From: Octopus bimaculoides
Taxonomy: Eukaryota
Reading direction: 5' to 3'
NCBI RefSeq assembly: GCF_001194135.2
Contig: NC_068982.1
Coordinates: forward strand, 97,887,009 to 97,951,008
Length of the DNA: 64,000 nucleotides
The position numbers and the translations under genes were made by a program. The notes under the pieces are model-generated. The model ran no database searches. It saw nothing but the letters and a program-made list of their open reading frames with translations, and was not told where the DNA came from. Positions 12,139 to 24,455 of the stretch are shown here, one piece after another (within the stretch, counting starts at the first letter, position 1; each line of letters opens with the position of its first letter).

Positions 12139-12306
12139 GAGGCGTCGCTGTGCGGTTAAAAAGCTTACTTTGCAACCATGTGGTTTCGGGTTCAGTCCTG
12201 TTGCGCGGTACCTTGTGAATGTGCCTTCTACTATAGCACCGGGCTGATCAATTGTCTTTTGAGTGAATTGGGTTAGTGGAGACTGTGTGAAAGCCCATCT
12301 AAAATA

Positions 12307-12394
<88 letters not shown>

Positions 12395-12605
12395 CATATA
12401 TGAGTGTGTGTTCGTGTTTGCGTTTCTCTCTCACCATCGCTTGACAACCAGTATTGGTTTGTTTATGTTCCTATGATTTAGTAGTCTGGCCAAAGAGGTC
12501 AATTGGGATCGATCTATTCCACTGAACCGAACCCATCAAGGCGATGCCCCAGTATGACTGCAGTCCAATGCCTGAAACAAGTAATAAGTCAAAGATAGAT
12601 ATAAA
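12139..12605 (+). mobile_element. SINE family C, old full-length copy with internal (TG)n
   Basis: tRNA-like head GAGGCGTCGCTGTGCGGTTAAAAAGC..GGGTTCAGTCC, body, (TG)n at 12310-12390 and tail CTGAAACAAGTAA. Confidence 0.85.
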
Positions 12606-13288
12606 ATTGCACGTCTAATGGATGTATACAGTAAACTACTTCAACACTATAAAGAGGTAGGAATAACATTTCTTGTATTTTTCTCCATACAGAGAAAAAG
12701 ATTGTTGATGTGCTCTTAGAAGTACATATTTGCTGGTTAGTGGCAGCGTTCCCCTTCGACATAGAGGACAAAATTAATATTGTATGGTTCCAGAGGCTAC
12801 GGAAACAAAACTGATCGGGCCATGGGATGAAGATATTGATCCAAACGGGTCAATAAGTTTGGAATCTATCTCTGAACTGATCAGTCTGCCAGGCGGCACA
12901 AAACTGTACCCGGCCGTTGAAAGCAGAAAGGCGAGTGATATTCCATAGGAGCAATATTCCATAACAATTCTCTAGTTACTATAAGAATATTCTCTCCTAA
13001 TCCTTGCAGTCGTAGGTAAATAACGAACAGGATCATCCTGCTGCACTGTGAGACACAAACCACATAAGAGGCCTTTGCCTGAGAATCCAGCCTCATTAAT
13101 GCAGTTGTACTATAGATTTTTATTTCTTATTAAACTCATAAAGAAGACTGTGGTGATAAGGTGACACAATCACCGATGTTTTTATCATGACATCATTTCT
13201 TGAGGGTTGCCAAGAACTAACGATCCCTCTCTCTCTCTCTTAGTGGAAGACTCACCCATCAAGAGAACCCCGATACTTTATGGAACTG

Positions 13289-13289
13289 A

Positions 13290-13359
<70 letters not shown>
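13289..13359. repeat. (AAT)n microsatellite, probably a retroposon tail
   Basis: Direct reading. Confidence 0.9.
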
Positions 13360-14374
13360 GTCATTATTATTTTTATTGCTAACATAGTGCAGGATTCTAC
13401 CGTGAGACAAGTTTTGGTTTTCGTCTTGTAGAGTATCCAAAAAGAAAAAAGAACACCCTTCTCATCGAGCGTGCTCCGTGGGATTACTGATGCTTGAGCG
13501 GAAGAATGAAATGATGGAGGTAAAGAGAAGGAAAGCGAGTATATCGATGGCTTGATTTAGAGCAGAGTTTACTAGTTCAGAAGAACAAGAATACCTTTGT
13601 AATTACGGTAGAAAAAACACAGATGATATAGAATAACTGCAAGTTAGTGTTTGAAAATACGTTGACGAGTGAGTTATTGCCAATCAGCCGAATAGCTTTC
13701 TTTTTCGTGTGGTCAGTTGCTTTGATGTTTGTAACAGTGGCACTGTTCGTGATATGTGAGCAGAGAGTAGAGTAGAGAGCAAATTGTAGGTGAGCTAAGT
13801 CTCTGATCAGTTGTGTGAGAGAGAGATTAATCTAGATTAGTTAGGCATTTAGTTCAGAGCCTTATCGTTTACACCAGCTTCACAAAAGCTAAGATTTCAA
13901 GTAGAGCATAAAAGACCGATCGGACTGTCTCAAATATATAACTAGTACATGTTTGATCGAGTCCACATGCACAGAGGGAAAGGTCAAAACCGGTAGATTT
14001 TGAATCTAGGAACTAAATATCAAAACAAATTATTGGGGGTTTTTTTAGGTACAAAGGACAATGTAGCATTTAGGGAACACTAAATATTTTGAAGATAATT
14101 CCTGAGCCAAGTGCATTAGTAATGAGAATTAGAACTGAGTCTCAGGTTTTATTCAATGTGAACCTAACGTTGACTTATTCTAAACATTTCTATCATTTAT
14201 ACAATAATGTTTTAGTAAGTATAACTCAGTCTAATTAAATAATAAACTCTATGGTTATAATTAGTAGATTGAGGCATTTGAAAACAAAGTACAAGGCGTA
14301 ACTGAAAAACCTCCTTGTATACGTACGCACGTATGTATGTATGTATGTATGTATGTATGTATGTATGTATGTAT

Positions 14375-14668
14375 GTGATCACGTGATCGACTAGATTATC
14401 GGATGTTGTTATACATCGCTAATCCCAATGCGCTTTGAATCGTTTTAGCTTTCAAATGGCGCCAGCCCACTGGCTAGGCGAGCTGACCAGCATTTACTCC
14501 TAATCGGAAGGCTAGTCCATCGCAGGGTTACCCATTTGCAGCTAAATGAACTGAATCACTGGAACAACATGAAATGAAGTATATTGCTCAAGAACAGAAC
14601 GCGCCGCTCGGTCCAGGAGTCGAACTCACAATTTAGCAACTTTGAGTGCAACACCCTAACCACTAGGC
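14375..14668 (-). mobile_element. SINE family B (tRNA head + TTGAGCAA.ACAC.TCATTTCA)
   Basis: Reverse-complement head TGTGGCCTAGTGGTTAGGGTGTTGCACTC..GAGTTCGACTCC. The shared box TTCTTGAGCAA recurs in many copies. Confidence 0.8.
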
Positions 14669-14746
14669 CACATGTTTGTGTGTGTGTGTTTGTGTGTGTG
14701 TGTATGTGTGTGTGTGCGTGTGCGTGCATGTATATATATATAAATA

Positions 14747-14786
<40 letters not shown>

Positions 14787-15021
14787 NNNNNNNNNNNNNN
14801 NNNNNNNNNNNNNNNNNNNNNNNNNNNNNNNNNNNNNNNNNNNNNNNNNNNNNNNNNNNNNNNNNNNNNNNNNNNNNNNNNNNNNNNNNNNNNNNNNNNN
14901 NNNNNNNNNNNNNNNNNNNNNNNNNNNNNNNNNNNNNNNNNNNNNNNNNNNNNNNNNNNNNNNNNNNNNNNNNNNNNNNNNNNNNNNNNNNNNNNNNNNN
15001 NNNNNNNNNNNAATATATATA

Positions 15022-15052
<31 letters not shown>

Positions 15053-16734
15053 ATGCTGGAGGTTTTTCTGTTGCACCTGTATTTTATTCTCAAACGCATC
15101 ATAGTGTTGGTAAGAGAACACGAACCGCTGACCTTTCAAACTGGTTGTCCGATACATATTGACTCGATTATTCTCACTCTCAGAAACTAAATACTTAAGA
15201 TATTTAATCTGGAGCACTAATCATCTGCCAATTCCACTGCACTTGTCTAAACAAATATTAAAAACAAAATCAATATCCGTTGATGCTGGACACCCAGCTC
15301 AACTACTGCATAAACGTCTGATCTTTGTTTGAAGAAGAAAAAGTTTTAATTTGTCATGGCATTGAATATAGCGTTCAGTTTTTATCCTTTAATCCACATC
15401 GGGCAGTATGCGTTCGGATCAATATAGTGAGCAACTGCTTGGTTTAATGAAATTGCCAGAAAAGTCTGTCATTGCAATCGGATAATCTTTAATCCTTCCC
15501 ACCATAAGGTACACAACACGTCTCTCACGTGTCACGCGTGTCTTAACAAAAGATCATTCTTTGAGCAATAGGTTTTCGTCATCCATCACCTTAGTAATAT
15601 TAGATTTCCATTAACATTTCCTTTCCACTATATTTAGCTCTAGAGTTAAGTGTGGACAGAAATAGTCTACATAGGAAAGAAAGAGAGAGAGATTGTTCGA
15701 ATTTACCACTCATTAATTTACTTGATTCATTTATAGTGACAACAGTAATAGAATTGATTAAACAAGTTCACGCTGTGAGTGCTTTTATTAAAGCCAAAAC
15801 ACACATAGAAGAAGAACTTGGAAGCCGATACTACAAGTGAAAGATGAGGACATTGATTATTCACTGTTACAGTTGTTTACAGCAATGAGTAATGGCTGTT
15901 TACAGAAGCTATCTGTAGCTAGATGGACTGAGTATGATTTAACTTGATCATTAACAACTGAAGCATCAGTGATGAAATTTGAACCACTGATCAGCGGGGG
16001 AGCCAGTCGAACGCTATGTCGATTCTTCGTTGATTCAGTATTATCTGGTTCTTTGAAGTACAACGCAATAAAGAGAGATCTTCGCTATTTTATAGCAATG
16101 TGTAGCTATCTGCACAGAGCAAAAGATAATTTCCTGGTGAGTCAAATCCGTGACATTTTTTTAAAAAAATTCTCGGTGGAAGACAATTTAATTATCTTAC
16201 AAGCTAATACTCTTGAGAAATTAGTGAATGTCATGTTATATCATTCCTCTCATAAATTTCCTTTTTTTTTTACGTAAGTAACATGATAAGTAACATGATA
16301 ACTTTCTTTGTGTCTTGATGACACAACTAGAACGATATTGATGATGTGACTTCTACACTAAGTCTATGTCTACATCTGTTCTATTTATAACCGTAGTATT
16401 TATTAGCTTGCCACGTTTCCATTGCTGGAAGGAGTGGTCTGAATGCTACCAGTCAAAGAACGTTAGATCAGTTTTCTCCAGAGTATTTGTATCTCTGACA
16501 ATATCCAGCCAGTCCATTTTTAGATATTATCAGATCGATTGCGCTTTTACTTTTATTTTTATTATTTTTTTTTTTTGCCGACTTTGCTTACTTTTTATAT
16601 CGAACCTTAAACTGTATGTTTATAATTAAAAGAAGCAAACAAACAAACAAACAAAATGTATATCTTGTATTTAAAATGTTCAGGCTATCACTTTCCTAGG
16701 TTTTTCTAGTTGGTCAATTTCATTTTTAAGATCC

Positions 16735-16937
16735 TTTCCGAGTCATATAGACTCAGGGCCTGTTTCCCGGTTTCTGTCATGCATATATTCCCCAACTGGA
16801 CGGAATTCCAGTCCGTCGCAGGATTATTCATTTTTGTCAGCATAGTAGACTGGAGCAACATGAAATGAAGTGTTTTTCCGGACCAAAACCACAATCTTAG
16901 GATCATTAGTACAACACCCTAATCACTAAGCCACACG
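16735..16937 (-). mobile_element. SINE family B, partial
   Basis: CTGGAGCAACATGAAATGAAGTG and ACCCTAATCACTAAGCCAC match the copy at 14375. Confidence 0.7.
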
Positions 16938-17354
16938 TTTTGCCGCATAGTTCCGACTGGTCAAATTTATCATAAACGTAGTATACTTTCCTAGAAATTT
17001 GCTTCATGATATTTACTTCATAGACCAAAGTTTAAAATAAGTCTTCTGTTACTTAACACTCCCTTTTCCAGCACCTGCAGCCAATCTAAGTGACTCAACG
17101 GCCTAAAGTCTTTCATTGCTGTAAATCCTGTTAACATCCTTAACTAACCAGACAATGTAATAATGATTTCTTACATTCATAATAAATTCAATCAATACTA
17201 ATACATAGTTAATAGGGATTGACTGAATTCGTAATTCGGTTTCTTTATATAAATAGGTTTCCTTAATTTTCTGGCGATGAAACCATAGACGAGTTAGACT
17301 TACACTGCATGTCAGAAACACCTGAGTCTTCTGACCAGATTTTTACCTGATATA

Positions 17355-17491
<137 letters not shown>

Positions 17492-17508
17492 TATATATAT
17501 GTATTGTG

Positions 17509-18008
17509 AGAGCGCATGGTCTAGTGGTTAGGGTGTTGGACTCACGATCGCGAGATCGTACTTTCAATTCCTAGACGGTAAGTGTATTGCGTTGTGTTCT
17601 TGAGCAAAACACTTCATCTTATCTCTTTATTGCCCATAAGAGGCTAAACATAGAGGGGACAAACAAAGACAGACAAAGGGATTAAGTCGATTACATCGAC
17701 CCCAATGCATAAGTGGTACTTAATTTATCGACCCCGAAAGGATGAAAGGCAAAGTCGACCTCGGCGGACGAAATGCCGCTAAGCATTTCGCCCTGCGCGC
17801 TAACGATTCTATCAGCTCGACGCCTTAAAACACTTCATCTTATGTTGCACTGCGTGGCACACAGTACACCTGTTCAGGCAACGTCGATTTGATGGAGAGA
17901 GTGAACTAATGTGCTGCATGAACATTTGATCATTATAAATAGTTCATTTGTGTAGGTCGATCCGCAAACAGCTGAATGTCCATACATCGTCTTCGACGGG
18001 AGAGTCCA
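17509..18008 (+). mobile_element. SINE family B interrupted by a family A copy
   Basis: Head GAGAGCGCATGGTCTAGTGGTTAGGGTGTTGGACTCACGATCG. The body resumes at 17844. Confidence 0.8.
17623..17826 (-). mobile_element. SINE family A nested insertion with a perfect 17-bp TSD
   Basis: AAAACACTTCATCTTAT at 17606-17622 and 17827-17843. The B-box region is deleted between CGGA microhomologies. Confidence 0.92.
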
Positions 18009-18104
18009 TTATATACATAAATATCCATATTATTACAGCTGTTTCATAATTTTCCCCCTCTAATAGCATTAATTTCAACATTCCATATTATATGCGTGCA
18101 TTTT

Positions 18105-18259
18105 ACAGGCATATACTCTTTTATTTGTTTCAGTCATTTGACTGTGGCCATGCTGGAGCACCGCCTTTAGTCGAGCCAATCGGCCCCAGGACTTATTCTT
18201 TGGAAGCCTAGTACTTATTCTATCGGTCTCTTTTGCCGAACCGCTAGGTTACGGGGCCG
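18105..18259 (-). mobile_element. SINE family C 3' part running into a gap
   Basis: TTGTTTCAGTCATTTGACTGTGGCCATGCTGGAGCACCGCCTTTAGTCGAGC...GCCGAACCGCTAGG. Confidence 0.9.
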
Positions 18260-19930
18260 NNNNNNNNNNNNNNNNNNNNNNNNNNNNNNNNNNNNNNNNN
18301 NNNNNNNNNNNNNNNNNNNNNNNNNNNNNNNNNNNNNNNNNNNNNNNNNNNNNNNNNNNNNNNNNNNNNNNNNNNNNNNNNNNNNNNNNNNNNNNNNNNN
18401 NNNNNNNNNNNNNNNNNNNNNNNNNNNNNNNNNNNNNNNNNNNNNNNNNNNNNNNNNNNNNNNNNNNNNNNNNNNNNNNNNNNNNNNNNNNNNNNNNNNN
18501 NNNNNNNNNNNNNNNNNNNNNNNNNNNNNNNNNNNNNNNNNNNNNNNNNNNNNNNNNNNNNNNNNNNNNNNNNNNNNNNNNNNNNNNNNNNNNNNNNNNN
18601 NNNNNNNNNNNNNNNNNNNNNNNNNNNNNNNNNNNNNNNNNNNNNNNNNNNNNNNNNNNNNNNNNNNNNNNNNNNNNNNNNNNNNNNNNNNNNNNNNNNN
18701 NNNNNNNNNNNNNNNNNNNNNNNNNNNNNNNNNNNNNNNNNNNNNNNNNNNNNNNNNNNNNNNNNNNNNNNNNNNNNNNNNNNNNNNNNNNNNNNNNNNN
18801 NNNNNNNNNNNNNNNNNNNNNNNNNNNNNNNNNNNNNNNNNNNNNNNNNNNNNNNNNNNNNNNNNNNNNNNNNNNNNNNNNNNNNNNNNNNNNNNNNNNN
18901 NNNNNNNNNNNNNNNNNNNNNNNNNNNNNNNNNNNNNNNNNNNNNNNNNNNNNNNNNNNNNNNNNNNNNNNNNNNNNNNNNNNNNNNNNNNNNNNNNNNN
19001 NNNNNNNNNNNNNNNNNNNNNNNNNNNNNNNNNNNNNNNNNNNNNNNNNNNNNNNNNNNNNNNNNNNNNNNNNNNNNNNNNNNNNNNNNNNNNNNNNNNN
19101 NNNNNNNNNNNNNNNNNNNNNNNNNNNNNNNNNNNNNNNNNNNNNNNNNNNNNNNNNNNNNNNNNNNNNNNNNNNNNNNNNNNNNNNNNNNNNNNNNNNN
19201 NNNNNNNNNNNNNNNNNNNNNNATATATATATATCAAAAATTAAAAGTACAACAAACGGAAAATTTCACAAAATCCTTACAATTTCGCACCTTTAACGAT
19301 CATATTGTTCACTTTTGATGGTGCCAGTGGCGAAAAGCCACTGGAAATAGCTCACGAATGTACAAGGCAATGACGAAAACTACAAAATAAAATATACATA
19401 TACAACAAAAAAGACAGGTATGGTTTAACGAAAGGAAGATGAAAGTGCCCTGAAAAACTGGAGACATTACAAAGACAGAGAGAAAGTCAGAAAGAAGGAA
19501 GACGTAAAGTATTAGGAAGGGAAAGAAAAAGGGAAGAAAGCAAAAGAAAGAGAGAGACAGAAACAGACGTCACACAAAAAAATATTCCAAGACTATTTTA
19601 CAAATGAGTATAAAAAAAATCTAATCAATTACTAATCAATTATTTTGACTCTAGTGAAGAGGAAAGAATTTCATGATGTCCATGCGTTTCTTAATAGTCT
19701 TGGGAGATAAATAAAATAAAATATTTATGGTGATTCTCAGTTCACCAAGAATATATCTTTTGATGTACGACGTTCGCCATATTTTAACTTATAACAATAA
19801 ATTTAACACGCATAAGACTTCAATAAAAGGGAAGGGTTTTTCAGGATGTTCATGCCTTTCTTAATAGTCTTAGGACTACATCTCAGGATGTTCATGCCTT
19901 TCTTAATAGTCCTAGTAGTCTTAGGAACAA

Positions 19931-20147
19931 GGCGGTGGGCTGGCAGAAACGTTAGCACGCCGGGTGAAATGCTTAGCGGTATTTCGTCTGTCTTTACGTT
20001 CTGAGTTCAAATTCCGCCGAGGTCGACTTTGCCTTTCATCCTTTCGGAGTCGATAAACTAAGTACCAGAAGCGTACTGGGGTCGATCTTATTGATTGGCT
20101 CCCTCCCTAAAAATGTCGAGCCTTGTGCCTAGAGTAGAAAAGAATAG
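19931..20147 (+). mobile_element. SINE family A with TSD
   Basis: Full head, core and tail. TAGTCTTAGGA is repeated on both sides. Confidence 0.9.
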
Positions 20148-21876
20148 TCTTAGGAGTGATTCATCTGGTGCATACCTTCTAATGTACGACGTCTGCCATA
20201 TTTACCTTATAAAAGTAAAACTACTACACATGAGTGATAAACCTGTTCGAGTTAACAGAAAGTCGGACACTTGATATAAATTCGATGGTTTATATCCGAA
20301 CACTAGTGATTCTATGTATCCATAACAAAGACTGATCCATCCATACAGCTCTAATTACAAGGCGTGGAGGAAGCATAGTTCGCTGTTAGTAGAAATATGC
20401 AGTATCTTATTTCTTATGCGTATATTCATAGCTTTAGGCTTTAATTTCTAATCATCACATAGGCCGAACTTATAGTAATAGACTGGAATTCCAATCTAAA
20501 GAGGCAATTATCTCACAAATGACTCAATGTCATGAAAACTGTGTCAAGCTCCAATGCACAAAACGTTTCTTATGCAAGTCTGTAAGATGAAAGATTTTGG
20601 TCAAATTATGTGCAATGTACAATAATTCAGTTCTCTCTGTAATTAGATACCCCCCAAACACGTACTTTATGCTACACGTACATTCTGAACTCCCTCTAAC
20701 ATCTAGAACGGCACAGTCCAGAGGTTCTTTTCCTTATATCTCCACTAACCTTTAAACTGCAGTGCGTCAGACACAACGATAAACTCTTTCGAAAGAAGCA
20801 AACCTACTGTCAATGTACAAGAGCCAACATAAGGTAAGGAATCTGTCTTCCATCAAAGAGTAATAAAAGAGAGATAAAAAAAAATGGAAAAACCTTTCAA
20901 AGGGAATATCACCAAGTATAAATATGAAACAGGTTGGGAATTGTTCAGTCACCTTTAACGTAAATAGAGTATTTTTTATATATTATTCATGTTTTTTTTC
21001 TTTCTCATTTTTTTTTTCAATTTTAGAATCGAAACAGTACAACTTAAAATATACTCAAACGAGAACCTTCACCCACTTTTAAGTAAAAAGAAGAAGACCT
21101 CAACGGATTTCCAAGGAATTTTAATGACTGGTGCGAGAGACAGTCATGTAAAATATTGCAATCTTGGAGAGTAAGTTATTTTATAGCAACATCGTTATTT
21201 TATAGAGACCCTTTATAAACACTCCACCATGTTGAACTTTAATGCTTATATTTGTCAGATATATTTTAAAGCTCTCGATCTTACATGAATGCAAGCGACG
21301 AGCAGAATGACAAGATCACGTGGTATACGCCAGGGAAGCCATGACGTAGTTTCAATCTTTGAATTTTACTCTACTTACGTTGCTAAATTACATAAACGTC
21401 AAAATAATTTCTTTTCTCTCCTACAGCCATTTTGTCGAACCAAAACAAACCAATACACAAATGCAAGTGCAGACAGTTACCACTCTGATAGTTCAAGTAC
21501 ACCATATCTTAGACTTAGATCAGACATGAGGCCTAGACTGGAGATTAACTCAGTTACCATGGTGGTTTCTTGGCTAAGAATAGAACATTCCTCACTGAAT
21601 GGGACGCTGGTCAATCGCAAGAGTTGACTTCAAACATCGACCTCTGGATTAATATTTGTAGTGGGTGGTTTCGGTCATTGAATTTATCTCACTACATTAT
21701 TTCGAGATTTAATTATTTTTAATAACATTGAACGCTATGAGACTGTTGTTCGGTTCCAGTCTCCAGTTGCACCAATCATACTTCATTTGAATCATTAATG
21801 CTTTTGAGAAAAGAAGGAATGACTGTATGGAGGTTACAAATTTCCAAGTTTCCTTCTTTGTAGGTATTTATACTTA

Positions 21877-22759
21877 TACGAGATCTGATCAATAAGTATC
21901 CGGACTGCTGCCATAGTAACACAGCTAAGGCATGCAGAGTGAAGCTGCTTGACCTTGAACTCTGTTGTACACGCGCACTAAGTTTTAACGTTCTAGTTCA
22001 TTTCCGCTGTTTACAGTAGTGCTTGGAAAGAACATGTGTAGCGTGTGATCGTCGCATTAATCATGACAGAGAAAGTTGTCATGGCGATACCTGCTCAGAG
22101 ACCTACGCAAAGTTGCAGACAGTGTATGGAGAGAGGTTATGAGCCGCACACAAATGTACGAGTGGTTCTGACGCTTCCAAGATGGCCGAAATAATGTCGA
22201 TATTGATGAATGTTCTGAGAGACCCGTAAGCAGCAGAACTGAGAAAAACATCACAGATGTGTGTGCAGCTGAGAGGGAAAATCGTCGAATCCCCATCCGT
22301 GAGTTATCAGAGGATGTGCAGATTAGTTACGGTTTAGTTCAGTCCATTATCACTGAAGATTTGGGTATGAGATGCATGTCAACTAAGTTTGTGCCAAAAG
22401 TGCTTTCAGCTGATCAAAAAGGCATTCGGGTCTCAGTTGGACAAGATCTTGATTGTGTCGAGAACGATCAAAACTTTTTGAGAACTTTGCGTAGGCTTCT
22501 GAGCAGGTATCGCCAAGCTTTTTGCAGAATTTGATGCAGATTCTCAGCTTAACTTGCTGTCATGGTCAATGCGACGATCACACGTTACACACGTTCCTTC
22601 CAAGCACTTCTGTAAACAGCGGAAGTGAGCTAGAACGCTAAAAGTTAATGCGCATTCACACCAGAGTTCAAGGTCAATCTGTGCCAAGCGGCCTTACTTT
22701 GCGTAGTTTAGCTTCGATACTATTTCAACAGTCCGGATACTTATTGATCAGACCAAGTA
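21877..22759. mobile_element. Fold-back mariner derivative (two 5' ends, long inverted arms)
   Basis: TA-CGAGATCTGATCAATAAGTATCCGGACT ... AGTCCGGATACTTATTGATCAGACCAAG-TA. Arms of about 230-260 bp are inverted. The centre encodes an N-terminal transposase piece (YAKLQTVYGE..MSRTQMYEWF..RFQDGR...KFVPKVLSADQK). Confidence 0.9.
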
Positions 22760-22810
22760 TGTGCGTGCGTGTGTGTCTCTGCGTGTTGTGTGTGTGTGTG
22801 TGTGTGTGTG

Positions 22811-22856
<46 letters not shown>

Positions 22857-23325
22857 GTGTGCGTGTGCGTGCGTGCGTGTACATTGTATGATGAACGTCG
22901 TTTGGAAGAACCGAAGTGCCTGGCGGCTCGAGGTTACGCTTTAGGTTCGTGTTTTCATTAACATTAGAGATATTTCATTTATACAGTTAATTAATGCCTT
23001 TAAGACAGGCACAAAAGCCACAACTCATTGTTTCAACCATCATACAACAGAAAAGTCACTACAGTAAAAAAATATATTTATCGGACACTAGTTCGCTGGA
23101 TAAATATTTATAATATATATGTCTGTTTATACAGGCGTGTATATATTGTATGAATTATTTATGCACACATGTGTGAACACACAAATGTATGCATACAGAC
23201 ATGCATCCGTTCGTACGTGTACATGTGTATACTTGTGTGCGTATGGATACGCATATGATTATGTATACATCTGACCTTGTGCATATATTAGAAACTGTAT
23301 GTGCATTTATATGTGAGTGAATATA

Positions 23326-23386
<61 letters not shown>

Positions 23387-23549
23387 GTATGTGTGTTTGT
23401 GTGTGTGTCTGTGAATATATGTATATATATATATATATATATATTTAAAAGTTAAATAATGAGAGTAGAAATTAATATTAATTAATTAATATCAATTTAA
23501 ACCAGTGGCCTAGCATACTTAAAAAATCCGAAGATTAGGAAATTATATT

Positions 23550-23726
23550 ACATACATATATAAGAGGAATAGCCATCAAGGTGGATTCCTAATATGCTAG
23601 AAGAAGACGTTGAATCGTCTTACCACGAAGAATGTGTTCTCAAGAAATTTCGAGAACACTCTCTGGTAAAACGATTTAGCGTTTTCTTCTAGCATATTAG
23701 GAATCCACTTTGATGGTTATTCCTCT

Positions 23727-23742
<16 letters not shown>
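23550..23742. repeat. Near-perfect palindrome of about 190 bp (fold-back/MITE-like)
   Basis: CATATATAAGAGGAATAGCCATCAAGGTGGATTCCTAATATGCTAGAAGAA...GTGTTCTC is mirrored by GAGAACAC...TTCTTCTAGCATATTAGGAATCCACTTTGATGGTTATTCCTCTTATATATG. Centre GAAA|TTTC at about 23647. Confidence 0.92.
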
Positions 23743-23760
<18 letters not shown>

Positions 23761-24455
23761 TATTTATCGGTACTCTGTTTGAACGTGCACTCCGTTTCAG
23801 TAAATATATTTAAGCATGCGCATGCTACGATATATGAATAGCGGTGTGTGTGTGTGTGTGTGGGGGGGGTTCTCATCCCATATCTATTTAATATTTAGTC
23901 TCACTATAAAATGAGGTCCCCGGGGGCACATTCAACAGTTTGGGATGAGAATAAAACTAACCGGTTTCACTGATATTCAACAATCTAACATGATTCATTT
24001 CTGTTGGACCTCTATTACAAGCCGCCAAAAACGCCCTCGTGAGACTTAATTTCACAGCAAGATTAAATCCATATGGGCATAATTGTGTATACATATTTAT
24101 TCATAATCCACACAGAACTGCTACTCGTGTAATTATTGTAAAGCACACAACATATTGCCATTATGTAAATGAGAGGAGTTCATTACAAGATTTATTTACA
24201 TTTGTTCCTACTCTCAACGTTCGGATAGAAAATCACGCCCATAGAGCTGTGCGCTTGAGCGCGCATACATGCTTTGCAACAAGCACACAAAAGGAAAAAA
24301 AACGAGCGCACACAAGATTTTCACCATGAAATAGAATGGCTTGAATTAAAAGTTGTTCCAGGCAGGAATACGCACATACTTTGCAAAGAATGACGAAGTT
24401 CATGCATACACTTGCAAATTCATACGCACACCCTCAACAAAATTTACGGTCACAG

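Noticed and set aside
15050-16560. Coding-looking composition on both strands
   Set aside because: No consistent frame or recognisable motif apart from the small exon candidate at 16096. It cannot be assigned.
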